Source: Arcicella sp. (lineage in GTDB: Bacteria > Bacteroidota > Bacteroidia > Cytophagales > Spirosomataceae). From it: a DNA stretch of 64,000 bases. Location: assembly GCA_040403295.1 (NCBI GenBank), contig JBBAKY010000002.1, positions 474 through 64,473 of the forward strand, read 5' to 3'. The notes below the pieces were generated by a model. That model did not search any database. It was not told the DNA's origin and was given only the letters and a program-made list of their open reading frames with translations. The first letter of the stretch is position 1. Each line of letters opens with the position of its first letter. Position numbers and translations under genes: made by a program. Of this stretch, positions 18,911 through 29,003 are shown piece after piece.

Positions 18911-20161
18911 ATGAAAAAAATATACTTACTATTCTTCTTCATTACGTTTAATCAAATGATGTCAAATGCTCAAAAAATTGATACAGATTTCTTGCCGAAA
19001 CTTATGGCTACCAAGCCCGAACAGTTTAAGGAATTTTTGGATAATCCTGATAAATATCGGTTGCAAATTCTTTATACGCAAATAAATAGAGATAAAAAAA
19101 ATCGTCCAAAATTTACCTCTTTTGGATATCGGATTAATAATTCAGAATATTTTTATCCCGCCAGTACTGTCAAATTCCCTGCCAGCGTTTTGGCCTTAGA
19201 AAAAATTAATAATCTCAATATCAAAGGATTAACTAAGGAAACAACGATGTTCACAGGAGCAGAATTTCAGAAACACACGCCCGTAACGAAAGATACGACT
19301 TCCAAAAATGGATTACCTTCGATAGCTCATTACATCAAAAAAATATTAATGGTTTCGGATAATGATGCTTTTAATCGCTTGTATGAATTTATTGGACAAG
19401 AGGCTTTTAACGAAACTTTACATCAGAAAGGTTACGAAAATACTCGTATATTTCATCGTTTACAGGTGGGTATGAATAAGGAACAAAACCATAGAACAAA
19501 CCCTATAAAATTCATGCTAGGAAATGAAGTTGTCTATCAACAGCCAATGATTATTTCTGAGAAAAATTATAGTTCATCCAATCCAATTCGTGTTGGAAAA
19601 GGGTATATGGAAGGTGATTCTATCGTAAATACTCCTTTTGAATTTACGGATAGAAATTTCTATCCACTTTTAGACCAACAAGCAGTATTAAAATCGGTGC
19701 TTTTCCCCGAATTCGTTGAACCCAAAAAACGTTTTAATTTGACTGAAGACGATTATAAATTTATGTACAAATATATGTCGCAAATGCCCACGGAAAGTAC
19801 GTATCCAAACTATAATCCAACGGAATTTTATCCCACGTATTGCAAGTTTTTGATGTACGGAAGTGGTAAAAATGACATAGTGAATCCCAACATGAGAATA
19901 TTCAATAAGGTGGGCGACGCTTACGGTTTTCTGTTGGACAATGCCTACATCGTGGACTTTGAAAATGGTGTAGAATTCATGCTGACAGCAGTTTTACTGT
20001 GCAATAATGACCAGATTTTTAACGATGACAAATACGATTATGATACGGTTGGTTTCCCATTTATGAAGAATTTAGGACAATTGATTTATACTCATGAACT
20101 CGCTCGCCCACGGAAATACAAGCCGGATTTGAGTAAGTTCCGAATGAATTATGATAAGTAA
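18911..20161 (+). CDS. Serine hydrolase, beta-lactamase class A-like fold
   Basis: Signal peptide; YPASTVK (SxxK), VSDNDAFN (SDN), FNKVG (KxG). Confidence 0.88.
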   Translation: MKKIYLLFFFITFNQMMSNAQKIDTDFLPKLMATKPEQFKEFLDNPDKYRLQILYTQINRDKKNRPKFTSFGYRINNSEYFYPASTVKFPASVLALEKINNLNIKGLTKETTMFTGAEFQKHTPVTKDTTSKNGLPSIAHYIKKILMVSDNDAFNRLYEFIGQEAFNETLHQKGYENTRIFHRLQVGMNKEQNHRTNPIKFMLGNEVVYQQPMIISEKNYSSSNPIRVGKGYMEGDSIVNTPFEFTDRNFYPLLDQQAVLKSVLFPEFVEPKKRFNLTEDDYKFMYKYMSQMPTESTYPNYNPTEFYPTYCKFLMYGSGKNDIVNPNMRIFNKVGDAYGFLLDNAYIVDFENGVEFMLTAVLLCNNDQIFNDDKYDYDTVGFPFMKNLGQLIYTHELARPRKYKPDLSKFRMNYDK

Positions 20162-20167
20162 AATTAC

Positions 20168-20175
20168 TACCTTTG
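20168..20175 (+). promoter_or_regulatory. -7 promoter box
   Basis: TACCTTTG about 50 nt upstream of the ATG at 20227. Confidence 0.5.
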
Positions 20176-20226
20176 ATTTTTAAATATTTACACAAATAGT
20201 ATTCTCTATTTTACCACAAAATTACC

Positions 20227-23200
20227 ATGAAAAAACAACTACTAACTGCGATTATTTACTTTATCTATTGTATTAATGTCGTTCAAGCACAAACAATTAC
20301 TACTGGTCAAATTACAGGTTTAATCTGCAAAGGTTCAACTACAACGATTCCTTTCACTTCCACAGGCACTTTTGAGTCGGGAAATGTTTTTAAAGTACAG
20401 ATCAGAAATTCAAATCAGAACGTATGGACAGACCTTGTAACAGAAGGTACTGCCAGCCCTTTAAAATTTACTGTTCCTGCCAATTTTGATGAGACTAACT
20501 ATTATTATTCGTATTACATTCGAGTTGTTGCAAATAAGCCAAATGTCTTAGGTTCTGAGCTTTATATATCATCACTTTCCGTAAAACCTAATTTAACCTT
20601 ATTAGGATTGAGTTCTTCTTTTATCAATCCTTATGAATCTGTAAATCTTAGAATTAAAGGGACTGGTTCTTTTGTCAAGGCTGTATTGAATGATAGCACA
20701 GTTATAGACATTGGAAATATATCAAATTTTGGCGATAATTTTCTAATCTATCCTAAAAAATCCAATGATTACTCAATTGCGTATGCAACTAATGCTTGTG
20801 GTCGAGGAGATGTGTCAGGAACTGCAAAATTAACCATTAATGATATTGGATTAAAATTAATAAGTGTGAATGCTAATGCTTGTTTGGGTGGTAAAATACA
20901 AATTACTTACTCTTCAACGGAAAAAGTAAGTGCTTCTAATAAATTTAAAATTGGACTTCAAAGTTCTCCTGACAAAGAATATGAAATTGATGCCGTTGAA
21001 AAAGACGGATATATTGAAGCTGTTTTACCTGCATACGTTGCAGCTCCATTTATTTATAATGTTAGAATAATCAGTAGTAGCCCGAAAGCAGTATCTGCTT
21101 GGTCATCCTTATCAGACAGAATATTTATTGGAGACAAAGCCTCCGCTGAAATTACTTCTCATAGTGAAAATGTATATTGGGGATATCCTGTACTTATTGA
21201 ATATAAAGTAACTGGAATAGGACCTTGGAATATTATTTTGAATGATGGAGGTTTTTTCAATATTAACTACAATCCTGATTATACTACGCCCAATTCCCCA
21301 TATAGTGGACTTTTTTCTAAATCGGTACTTCCCGATAAATCAAAAAGTTATTCAATATCCGCTTTTACGAGCAAATGTGGCGTAGGTCCAGTGGGTAAAA
21401 ATATTATGGATGTAATCGTAAAACCAGGGGTTGTCATTGATTCTTTAAAAGAAGGAATGGAATTATGTTTAGGAGATTCTTTCACCGCAAAATATTCAAC
21501 TTTTGGAAATAATACCTCTATCGTAGCATTTGTTACTACCAATGATTACGGAACAAATAATGACAGGATTAAAGTACCAGCAGTATTTGAAAATGGAACG
21601 ATCAAAGTAACCTTACCCAAAAATTTATTAGATAATAGAAATCCTGAATCAGATAACTTTTTTCTTGGCATAAGTTATGGAAGTGACCCCTATCAAGTAA
21701 CATACAGTAGAAAATCATTTAAAATTAGAACTTTGCCAAGTGTGTCATTTTATAGTCCTCTTCCGATAACCTTAGTCACAAAAGGCAATGCTTCGCTTCA
21801 ACTCATAACGTATGGAACAGGCAACTTGTCAGTTTTATTAGAAGATTCGACTCGTCAAACTACGTATGCAGGCTATCGCATAAACAATTATGCTGTGTAT
21901 TTTCCTGTACAAGTTGCAAAAACTACGACTTTTAAATTAAAATCGGTCAGTAATATATGCGGAACAGTTTCTACAACTGATACAAGAGGACTAACGGTTT
22001 ATGTGAATAGTCCTGCTGACAATGATATAACACTAAAAAACACTCCTACTAAATTATGCGTTGGCGAGAAGACCAAAATTTACTTTAAAACATTTGGGAC
22101 TTTTAAAACAGAAAACGAGTACAAAGTAGAGCTTACCCAATACGGTGTAACTAAGATAATTGGAACAGGTAAAAGTTCTCCCATAGACGTGGTTATTCCG
22201 GATGTGAATTTGTACAATAACACCAATTATACTATAAGAGTAGTTGCATCTGCCCCCACCACGATAAGTGACAGTCCATATATCACGATAAATACAAAAC
22301 CTTCTGTTAATCTGTCAATTGTTTCACAATTAGCATTTGGTACGTTGGTTGATGAAGAGATTACATTCAATATTTATGGCAGCACAGGGGGTGTTCCAGC
22401 TTCATTTATTTTCTCCGACGGCTCAACTTTTGATGGCACTCAACAACTCATTAGACGATTCAAAAGTAGTACCAATTTTTCAATAAAATCCGTTTCAAAT
22501 GAATGTGGAATAGGAACTGCTGCAAATAATTCCTACAAAATAAATATTGTTCCGTTCAAATTATACTCGGTTTTGGATAATACCGTGTATTGTACGGATA
22601 GTTATTACAATTATAATTATCAAATAAGTGGAGTTAAAGAACCAAATGTCACTTTTAATCTTCAAATAGCGTTACAAAAAGACTCTGTTTTCACGGATTT
22701 AATTACGAATTCGTCCGAAAACCCCATAAGATTTAAAATTCCATCCACCTTGAAAGAAGGGAACTATCTGTTAAGACTTATGAGTAATACCGCTGTAAAA
22801 GTGTATTCTCAAATTTTAGGGTTTCAAGCAAAATTGCCCATTAAAGCAAATTTGACTGCTTCTGATGGCTCAAATGCGGTTTCTATTGAGGGAGGAACAT
22901 CGGTAAATTTAAAATATTCCGTTACTGGCACAACCCCTGTAAACACAATTTTAGTAGATGATAAAGACCAAATTATTCGTGGGATTATATCCTACGATAA
23001 TAATCAATCATTTACACCCACAAAATCAACGACTTATACCTTAAAATCTATTGAAAATACTTGTGGGTATGGAGTGGGTACTGGTAGTGTAAAAGTTACC
23101 ATAAAACCTTCTATTACAGTTAATCAATTGAATGTTTATACGATTTGTTCTGGAAAAGATTTAATAGTAAATGCTTCAAGTTTTGGTGAATTTGATGCAG

Positions 23201-24486
23201 GTAATACCTTTAAATTTACATTAATAGATAGCAAGAAAAATAGATTTAATATTAATGAAGTTTCTATGTTGGCAGGAGAAGTAAAGTTGAAGATTCCCAA
23301 TAATTTAGTGCTTGATGCTTATCAGCTTGAAGTGAGTTCAACCATGCCAATCGTAACAAAGATGTTTAGTAATAATCTTTCAGTAATAACCCTACCAGAT
23401 GCCACTATATCGGGCAATACAATCATAAACGCTGGACAACAGACCTATATTTCAGTAGTAAATAATAATAGCAAAAATAATCAATCCTATTATGATGATG
23501 CTATTTATGTATTATCTAATGATACACAAGGCTACACTTCTTACGGAAAATTGGTAAATGTAAAACCTACTAAAACAACTACTTACACTTTAAAATCAAT
23601 CACTAATTCTTGTGGCATTGGTAAAGTTTCGGGTAGTGCCACTGTAACCGTAAATCCACCTACAGATAAAAGTATTAATACTAATTTTGGTGTTTACTCA
23701 GCTACTTATCTTTGTGCAGGAGGGCAACAATACGTGTATTTTGATGCACAGGGGACTTTCTCCGCAACTAATAAGTTCTCCGCACAAATCTCTGATAAAA
23801 ATGGAGAAAACTTTAAAGATATTGTTTCCGAAGGTGATAAAAGTCCATTAAAAGTCAATATTCCAGAAGATTTACCCGAAGGAGATAATTATCGTATCAG
23901 AGTAATTGCATCCGATAAAGACGTTAGTAGTTCTGCCAACATTTATTCCTTAAATTCATTCAAAGCACCAACTGCTACGTTGGATTCTACAACTTACTTA
24001 TTCTCTGAAGGAAAACCCGTAAACGTAAAAATCAATTTAACAGGAACGGCTCCGTGGTCAGTCAAATTTGGGCTTGAAGAATTATCTGCTACAACTTATC
24101 GAGCAACAGCTACTCCTTTTATTATAAAACTAAGCCCCCTTAGTCCAGTTGTTTATAAAGTATTCAGTGTAAATGATACTTATTGCGTAGGTAAAGTATC
24201 AGGAATAGGCATCGTAAAAATCGAACTCATCACCGCTAATGAAGAACTTTCAGACTTTGAAATAAAATTATTCCCCAATCCAACGTCCGATAAAATAACG
24301 ATTCAAAATGATAATTTTAAGAATACGACTTTACAGATTACCGATAATCTTGGGAAGCAGATTTTGCAACAAAATATCCATAATTCCGAAATAATTTTAG
24401 ACTTTTCAAACTATCCAAGGGGACAATATTTCCTCCAAATCGAAAGAGATAATAAAAAAGTGGTTTATAAAATCATAAAGCTATAA
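20227..24486 (+). CDS. Large T9SS-secreted repeat protein (type A C-terminal sorting domain)
   Basis: Signal peptide; recurring beta-rich modules (C.G....F...G.F...N.F and TYTLKSI.N.CG.G); CTD LFPNPTSD...GQYFLQI...YKIIKL. Confidence 0.9.
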   Translation: MKKQLLTAIIYFIYCINVVQAQTITTGQITGLICKGSTTTIPFTSTGTFESGNVFKVQIRNSNQNVWTDLVTEGTASPLKFTVPANFDETNYYYSYYIRVVANKPNVLGSELYISSLSVKPNLTLLGLSSSFINPYESVNLRIKGTGSFVKAVLNDSTVIDIGNISNFGDNFLIYPKKSNDYSIAYATNACGRGDVSGTAKLTINDIGLKLISVNANACLGGKIQITYSSTEKVSASNKFKIGLQSSPDKEYEIDAVEKDGYIEAVLPAYVAAPFIYNVRIISSSPKAVSAWSSLSDRIFIGDKASAEITSHSENVYWGYPVLIEYKVTGIGPWNIILNDGGFFNINYNPDYTTPNSPYSGLFSKSVLPDKSKSYSISAFTSKCGVGPVGKNIMDVIVKPGVVIDSLKEGMELCLGDSFTAKYSTFGNNTSIVAFVTTNDYGTNNDRIKVPAVFENGTIKVTLPKNLLDNRNPESDNFFLGISYGSDPYQVTYSRKSFKIRTLPSVSFYSPLPITLVTKGNASLQLITYGTGNLSVLLEDSTRQTTYAGYRINNYAVYFPVQVAKTTTFKLKSVSNICGTVSTTDTRGLTVYVNSPADNDITLKNTPTKLCVGEKTKIYFKTFGTFKTENEYKVELTQYGVTKIIGTGKSSPIDVVIPDVNLYNNTNYTIRVVASAPTTISDSPYITINTKPSVNLSIVSQLAFGTLVDEEITFNIYGSTGGVPASFIFSDGSTFDGTQQLIRRFKSSTNFSIKSVSNECGIGTAANNSYKINIVPFKLYSVLDNTVYCTDSYYNYNYQISGVKEPNVTFNLQIALQKDSVFTDLITNSSENPIRFKIPSTLKEGNYLLRLMSNTAVKVYSQILGFQAKLPIKANLTASDGSNAVSIEGGTSVNLKYSVTGTTPVNTILVDDKDQIIRGIISYDNNQSFTPTKSTTYTLKSIENTCGYGVGTGSVKVTIKPSITVNQLNVYTICSGKDLIVNASSFGEFDAGNTFKFTLIDSKKNRFNINEVSMLAGEVKLKIPNNLVLDAYQLEVSSTMPIVTKMFSNNLSVITLPDATISGNTIINAGQQTYISVVNNNSKNNQSYYDDAIYVLSNDTQGYTSYGKLVNVKPTKTTTYTLKSITNSCGIGKVSGSATVTVNPPTDKSINTNFGVYSATYLCAGGQQYVYFDAQGTFSATNKFSAQISDKNGENFKDIVSEGDKSPLKVNIPEDLPEGDNYRIRVIASDKDVSSSANIYSLNSFKAPTATLDSTTYLFSEGKPVNVKINLTGTAPWSVKFGLEELSATTYRATATPFIIKLSPLSPVVYKVFSVNDTYCVGKVSGIGIVKIELITANEELSDFEIKLFPNPTSDKITIQNDNFKNTTLQITDNLGKQILQQNIHNSEIILDFSNYPRGQYFLQIERDNKKVVYKIIKL

Positions 24487-24511
24487 GTTGATTCTAGATT
24501 ATTTTAATTGG

Positions 24512-24548
24512 AAAGACTGGTAACGTTCAAGAGTTACCAGTCTTTTTT
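24512..24548 (+). terminator. Intrinsic terminator
   Basis: AAAGACTGGTAAC-gttcaaga-GTTACCAGTCTTT then T run. Confidence 0.8.
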
Positions 24549-24603
24549 AATTAAAATCAAGTCATATCCTTATATTTGTAAAAACATCAACTCCCCAGAC
24601 CCC

Positions 24604-26136
24604 ATGAAAAAAAACTTCCTCCTCACAATTCTAATTTTATCACAAATAAGCACTTTCGGACAGAATTCCGTTCAAGAAAAAGCTCAAAATTACCGCAAAG
24701 CCAACGAACATCAATTATTGCAAGAATTCATGGGTTTGTTATCCATTCCGAATGTGGTTTATGATACGGTAGGCATACAAAAAACTGCTACTTATATTGC
24801 CAAAATGATGGAAAATAATGGCATAAAACCGCAATTTTTAGAGGGAAAAACAAAAGGCGTACCTCCTGCCATTTTTGGGGAAATCAATACGCCAAATGCC
24901 AAGAAAACCATCATTTTTTACGCTCATTACGACGGTCAACCCGTCAATCCAAACCAATGGGCGGAGGGCATAAAACCTTTTGAAGCCGTGTTTCTGAATG
25001 CTTCATTAGAAAAAAATGGCAAGATAATCCCTTTCCCGAAACCCACAGAATCCGTCAATCCCGAATGGCGAATTTATGGAAGAAGTGCCTCTGACGACAA
25101 AGCGGGCGTTTTTTCGATACTTACGGCTTATAAAGTTTTGGTTAAAACGGGCATGATTCCTTCCATCAATTTCAAATTTTTCTTTGAAGGAGAAGAGGAA
25201 GCTGGTTCTACGCATCTGGCAGAAATCTTGGATAAACATAAAGAAAAACTCAAATCAGATTTGTGGATAATTTGCGATGGCCCAGTGCATCAATCGGGCA
25301 GAAAGCAGGTGGTTTTTGGGGTGCGTGGGGATGTGAATATGGAGATAAAAGTCTTCGCTTCCAAACGTCCTTTGCACAGCGGACATTACGGCAATTGGGC
25401 TCCCAATCCAGGAATGTTATTGGCTAAATTATTGGCTTCGATGAAGGACGATAATGGTCAAGTTTTGATAAAAGGTTTTTATGACGATGTTACGCCTTTG
25501 ACTGAATCTGAGAAAACTGCCTTGAAAAATATCCCACCCGTCGAAGATCAAATGCGGGAAGAATTGGGCTTCGTCAGAGCAGAAGGGAACGGACAATCTT
25601 TGGGAGAATTAATAAGTCAGCCGTCCTTAAATGTGAGTGGTTTGTTGAGTGCTAACGTTGGAAAAATGGTGGCAAATATCATCCCAACCTCCGCCACGGC
25701 AGCTTTAGATTTGCGTTTAGTTTTGGGAAATGATGCGCAACGCCAAGTTCAAAAAGTGATTGCACATATCCGTTCTCAGGGGTATTATGTATCTCAAAAT
25801 GAGAGCATTACCGATGAAGAACGTTTAAAATATCCACTCATTGCTCGGGTGATTGCGAAGGAAGGTTATAACGCACAACGCACTCGAATGGATTTACCGA
25901 TTGCTCAAAATGTCATTAAAGCGGTGCAATCAACCATGAAAGAAAAAATCGTTTTGATGCCCAGCTCGGGCGGAAGTTTACCACTTTATGTTTTCGACAA
26001 ATACCTTTCAACGCCCACTGTTACGGTTCCGATTGCGAACCATGACAACAATCAACACGCTGAAAATGAAAATATTAGAATCAAAAATCTTTGGGATGGC
26101 ATTGAAACCTACGTGGCTTTGATGATGATGGACTAA
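24604..26136 (+). CDS. M20/M25/M40 family metallopeptidase
   Basis: YAHYDGQP, YGRSASDDK, EGEEEAGS, HSGHYG, NQHAENEN; ATG at 24604 with signal peptide and TATATTTG box at 24571. Confidence 0.92.
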   Translation: MKKNFLLTILILSQISTFGQNSVQEKAQNYRKANEHQLLQEFMGLLSIPNVVYDTVGIQKTATYIAKMMENNGIKPQFLEGKTKGVPPAIFGEINTPNAKKTIIFYAHYDGQPVNPNQWAEGIKPFEAVFLNASLEKNGKIIPFPKPTESVNPEWRIYGRSASDDKAGVFSILTAYKVLVKTGMIPSINFKFFFEGEEEAGSTHLAEILDKHKEKLKSDLWIICDGPVHQSGRKQVVFGVRGDVNMEIKVFASKRPLHSGHYGNWAPNPGMLLAKLLASMKDDNGQVLIKGFYDDVTPLTESEKTALKNIPPVEDQMREELGFVRAEGNGQSLGELISQPSLNVSGLLSANVGKMVANIIPTSATAALDLRLVLGNDAQRQVQKVIAHIRSQGYYVSQNESITDEERLKYPLIARVIAKEGYNAQRTRMDLPIAQNVIKAVQSTMKEKIVLMPSSGGSLPLYVFDKYLSTPTVTVPIANHDNNQHAENENIRIKNLWDGIETYVALMMMD

Positions 26137-26232
26137 GTTTTTTTTTGAAACATAATAAAATTCCGCTAATTTAAGATGGAAAACACCGAATCCCAACGGT
26201 GTTCCATTTTTCCATAAACGAACACAAAAATT

Positions 26233-27129
26233 ATGACAAAAAAACATCTAACCGATACCATAGACTGGAAAAGTATATTGAATTTAAAAAATATTTTTCA
26301 AATCTTCATTGGCACTTGTTTAGCCGTTTTGGCCATGAAGGGTTTTATGATTCCCAATCGTTTTTTGGATGGCGGCGTTACCAGTATTTCTATTTTACTC
26401 CACGAAATTCTAAAAATCAACATCAGTATTTTTGTGGTTACTTTAAATGCTGTATTCATCTATATTGGGTATAAAAAAATCGGAAAAACCTTTGCTGTTC
26501 ATACTACCGTTGCAGTCATTTTATTTTCTTTGGGACTCATTTTTGTGCATCTTGAACCCATCACTAAAGATAAATTATTGATTGCCATTTTCGGAGGAAT
26601 TTTGATTGGAACCGGAAGCGGATTAGTGATAAGAGGGGGTGGTTTATTAGATGGTTTTGAAGTAATTAATGTCTTCACACAACGCAAAACGGGGCTATCA
26701 AACAGTGAAATTGCCATGCTTTTTAATACGTTGATTTTTGGGGTTGCAGCCTTTCAGTTTGGCATAGAAACTGCTATGTATTCTATCATTACCTACTTTA
26801 CGGCTTCTCGTGCCACTGATTACGTAGTTGATGGAATTGAAGAATTTACCGCCGTTAATATTATCTCTTCAAAACCCGATGAAATTAAGAATTTATTGGT
26901 CAATGATTTGGGAAAAGGTATTACCGTTTATAAAGGTGAAAAGGGCTATTTACCCAATAGTTACGATATAAAAACGGATGCGGAAATTATTGTAACGATT
27001 GTTACTCGACTGGAAATTAAGCAAATACATGATGCTGTGATCAATATTGATGCCAACGCATTCGTTTACGTACATATTATAAAAGAAGCAACGGGAGGGA
27101 TTTTGAAGGAAAAATCTCATCCAAAATAA
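26233..27129 (+). CDS. YitT family membrane protein
   Basis: GFMIPNRFLDGGVT, AIFGGILIGTGSGL, DYVVDGIEE, GKGITVYKG, VTRLE, ID.NAF. Confidence 0.92.
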   Translation: MTKKHLTDTIDWKSILNLKNIFQIFIGTCLAVLAMKGFMIPNRFLDGGVTSISILLHEILKINISIFVVTLNAVFIYIGYKKIGKTFAVHTTVAVILFSLGLIFVHLEPITKDKLLIAIFGGILIGTGSGLVIRGGGLLDGFEVINVFTQRKTGLSNSEIAMLFNTLIFGVAAFQFGIETAMYSIITYFTASRATDYVVDGIEEFTAVNIISSKPDEIKNLLVNDLGKGITVYKGEKGYLPNSYDIKTDAEIIVTIVTRLEIKQIHDAVINIDANAFVYVHIIKEATGGILKEKSHPK

Positions 27130-27174
27130 AGTATTTTTCTACTAAAAGCCAACCTAATTAACTTACAAAAGATT

Positions 27175-28566
27175 ATGGATTACGGAGATATTGTTATTTC
27201 AGTGGCTGTTACGGCTGGTGTTGTAAAAATTATTACTCGTTTTTTAGATACAGAAACGCAGTTACCCAAATTACACCAAATCTTCAATTATTCATGGGTA
27301 GCCATGGCGGGAATATTGCTGTTGAGTGAATCTTTTGGTATTAAATTTTTCACCAATAATTATTTTGAACTTCTATCATTGCTCATTTTTTTTATTCTCA
27401 ATCAATCCAAAATAAATCCCAATACTCGTACCTTAGCCATTGCCATTGTTCCCTTTATTTTCTCCATCTTTATTAATGATGTGTTTAAATTAATTGTGCC
27501 TGAATTTCATGAACACTATGATGAAACTTTTAAAAATATTCGAGGATTTGCGGTGATATGGTTAGTTGGTTTTGGAATTTATATACAAAGACAAAACAAA
27601 AAAGAGAAAGCATTACGACAAAAAAATGAGCTGGAAAAGCAGATTCTGGAAGCTAAAAAGAACAGCCTCGAACAGCAAGTAGCGGAAAGAACTGCCGAGT
27701 TAACCCAGCAAAAAGAATCACTCGAAAAAACCATTTTAGAACTTCAAACCACCCAAACGCAATTGGTTCATGCCGAGAAAATGGCCTCTTTGGGCGAACT
27801 CACCGCTGGCATTGCCCACGAAATACAGAATCCCTTAAACTTTGTCAATAATTTCTCGGAAATGAGTGTTGAATTACTTGCAGAGTTGAAAGATTTGAGG
27901 AACAAAGAGACAAAAGGGCAGAGACACACAAAAGATGAGGATTTGGAAAATGAATTATTTGCTGATATTACCCAAAATCTTGAAAAAATTTCCCATCACG
28001 GCAAGCGAGCGAGTAGCATCGTGAAAGGCATGTTGGAACATTCACGGACAAGCACAGGCACGAAAGAATTAACCGATATTAATGCTCTTGCCGATGAATA
28101 TTTACGCTTATCTTACCATGGTTTAAGAGCAAAAAATAAAAACGGTTCGACGATTCGATTTAATGCCGATTTCAAAACAGATTTCGATGAAAATTTGCCT
28201 AAAATTGAAGTCGTTCCGCAGGATTTTGGGCGGGTTTTGTTGAATTTAATAAGCAACGCTTTTTATGCGGTCGGAAAAAAGGAAAGTGAAAATAAAGAAG
28301 TAGGAAATAGTTATAAACCGATAGTTATTATAAGTACAAAATGGATGGATAATCAAGTAATGATCTCGATAAAAGACAACGGCACTGGAATGTCTGAAGC
28401 CATAAAAGCCAAGATTTTTCAACCCTTTTTCTCTACAAAACCAACGGGTGAAGGCACAGGGTTGGGGCTTTCATTGGCTTATGATATTGTAACTAAAGGA
28501 CACGGCGGCACCATTGACGTTCAAAGTGTAGAAGGCGAAGGAACAGAATTTACGATTATCATTTAA
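27175..28566 (+). CDS. Membrane sensor histidine kinase (HK1)
   Basis: N-terminal TMs, coiled coil, EKMASLGELTAGIAHEIQNPLNFV (H box), RVLLNLISNA, DNGTG, PFFSTKPTGEGTGLGL. Confidence 0.95.
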   Translation: MDYGDIVISVAVTAGVVKIITRFLDTETQLPKLHQIFNYSWVAMAGILLLSESFGIKFFTNNYFELLSLLIFFILNQSKINPNTRTLAIAIVPFIFSIFINDVFKLIVPEFHEHYDETFKNIRGFAVIWLVGFGIYIQRQNKKEKALRQKNELEKQILEAKKNSLEQQVAERTAELTQQKESLEKTILELQTTQTQLVHAEKMASLGELTAGIAHEIQNPLNFVNNFSEMSVELLAELKDLRNKETKGQRHTKDEDLENELFADITQNLEKISHHGKRASSIVKGMLEHSRTSTGTKELTDINALADEYLRLSYHGLRAKNKNGSTIRFNADFKTDFDENLPKIEVVPQDFGRVLLNLISNAFYAVGKKESENKEVGNSYKPIVIISTKWMDNQVMISIKDNGTGMSEAIKAKIFQPFFSTKPTGEGTGLGLSLAYDIVTKGHGGTIDVQSVEGEGTEFTIII

Positions 28567-29003
28567 AAATACTTACGTTAATCTATAAAAAATATTAAAA
28601 TAAATAAATATATCATTTTTTTGAGTAACTTCAATTATTAATAAACTCATTTTCAAGGCATTAACTATTTTCTTGCAATTATCCTCATACAATTAAAATT
28701 TTCTCCTTTTAATTTGATTGCAAACTTTTAATCTTCAAGAGTATGCCCACTCCCAATATTCATGAAACGATAAAGTCAATCTTCGATGCAAAGACGAAGA
28801 TTGGAAATATTTCTTTTGAAATTGAGCTAAGTATTTAGACAAAAAATACTCATGGCATGACTTAACCAGCAAAGCCATGAATATTATCCTGGCTCATATT
28901 TAGATTATTTAGCTATTTTTTATGGATTGTTTACTGGTATGAAAATTATTATTTTTTCGATAAATTCTTAATTGCTTAATTTCCTCCCCAACCCTCAAAC
29001 ATC

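Noticed and set aside
18911-20161. Antibiotic-resistance beta-lactamase
   Set aside because: SxxK/SDN/KxG show the fold only; the length, insertions and peptidoglycan-recycling context argue against calling it a resistance gene.
27892-27946. Purine-rich segment in the HK1 DHp loop as a repeat insertion
   Set aside because: It is only a few residues longer than in the paralogues and has no clear repeat unit or palindrome.
28743-28838. 31-aa ORF MPTPNIHETIKSIFDAKTKIGNISFEIELSI upstream of the oxidase
   Set aside because: It has no signal or leader features and is a length expected by chance.
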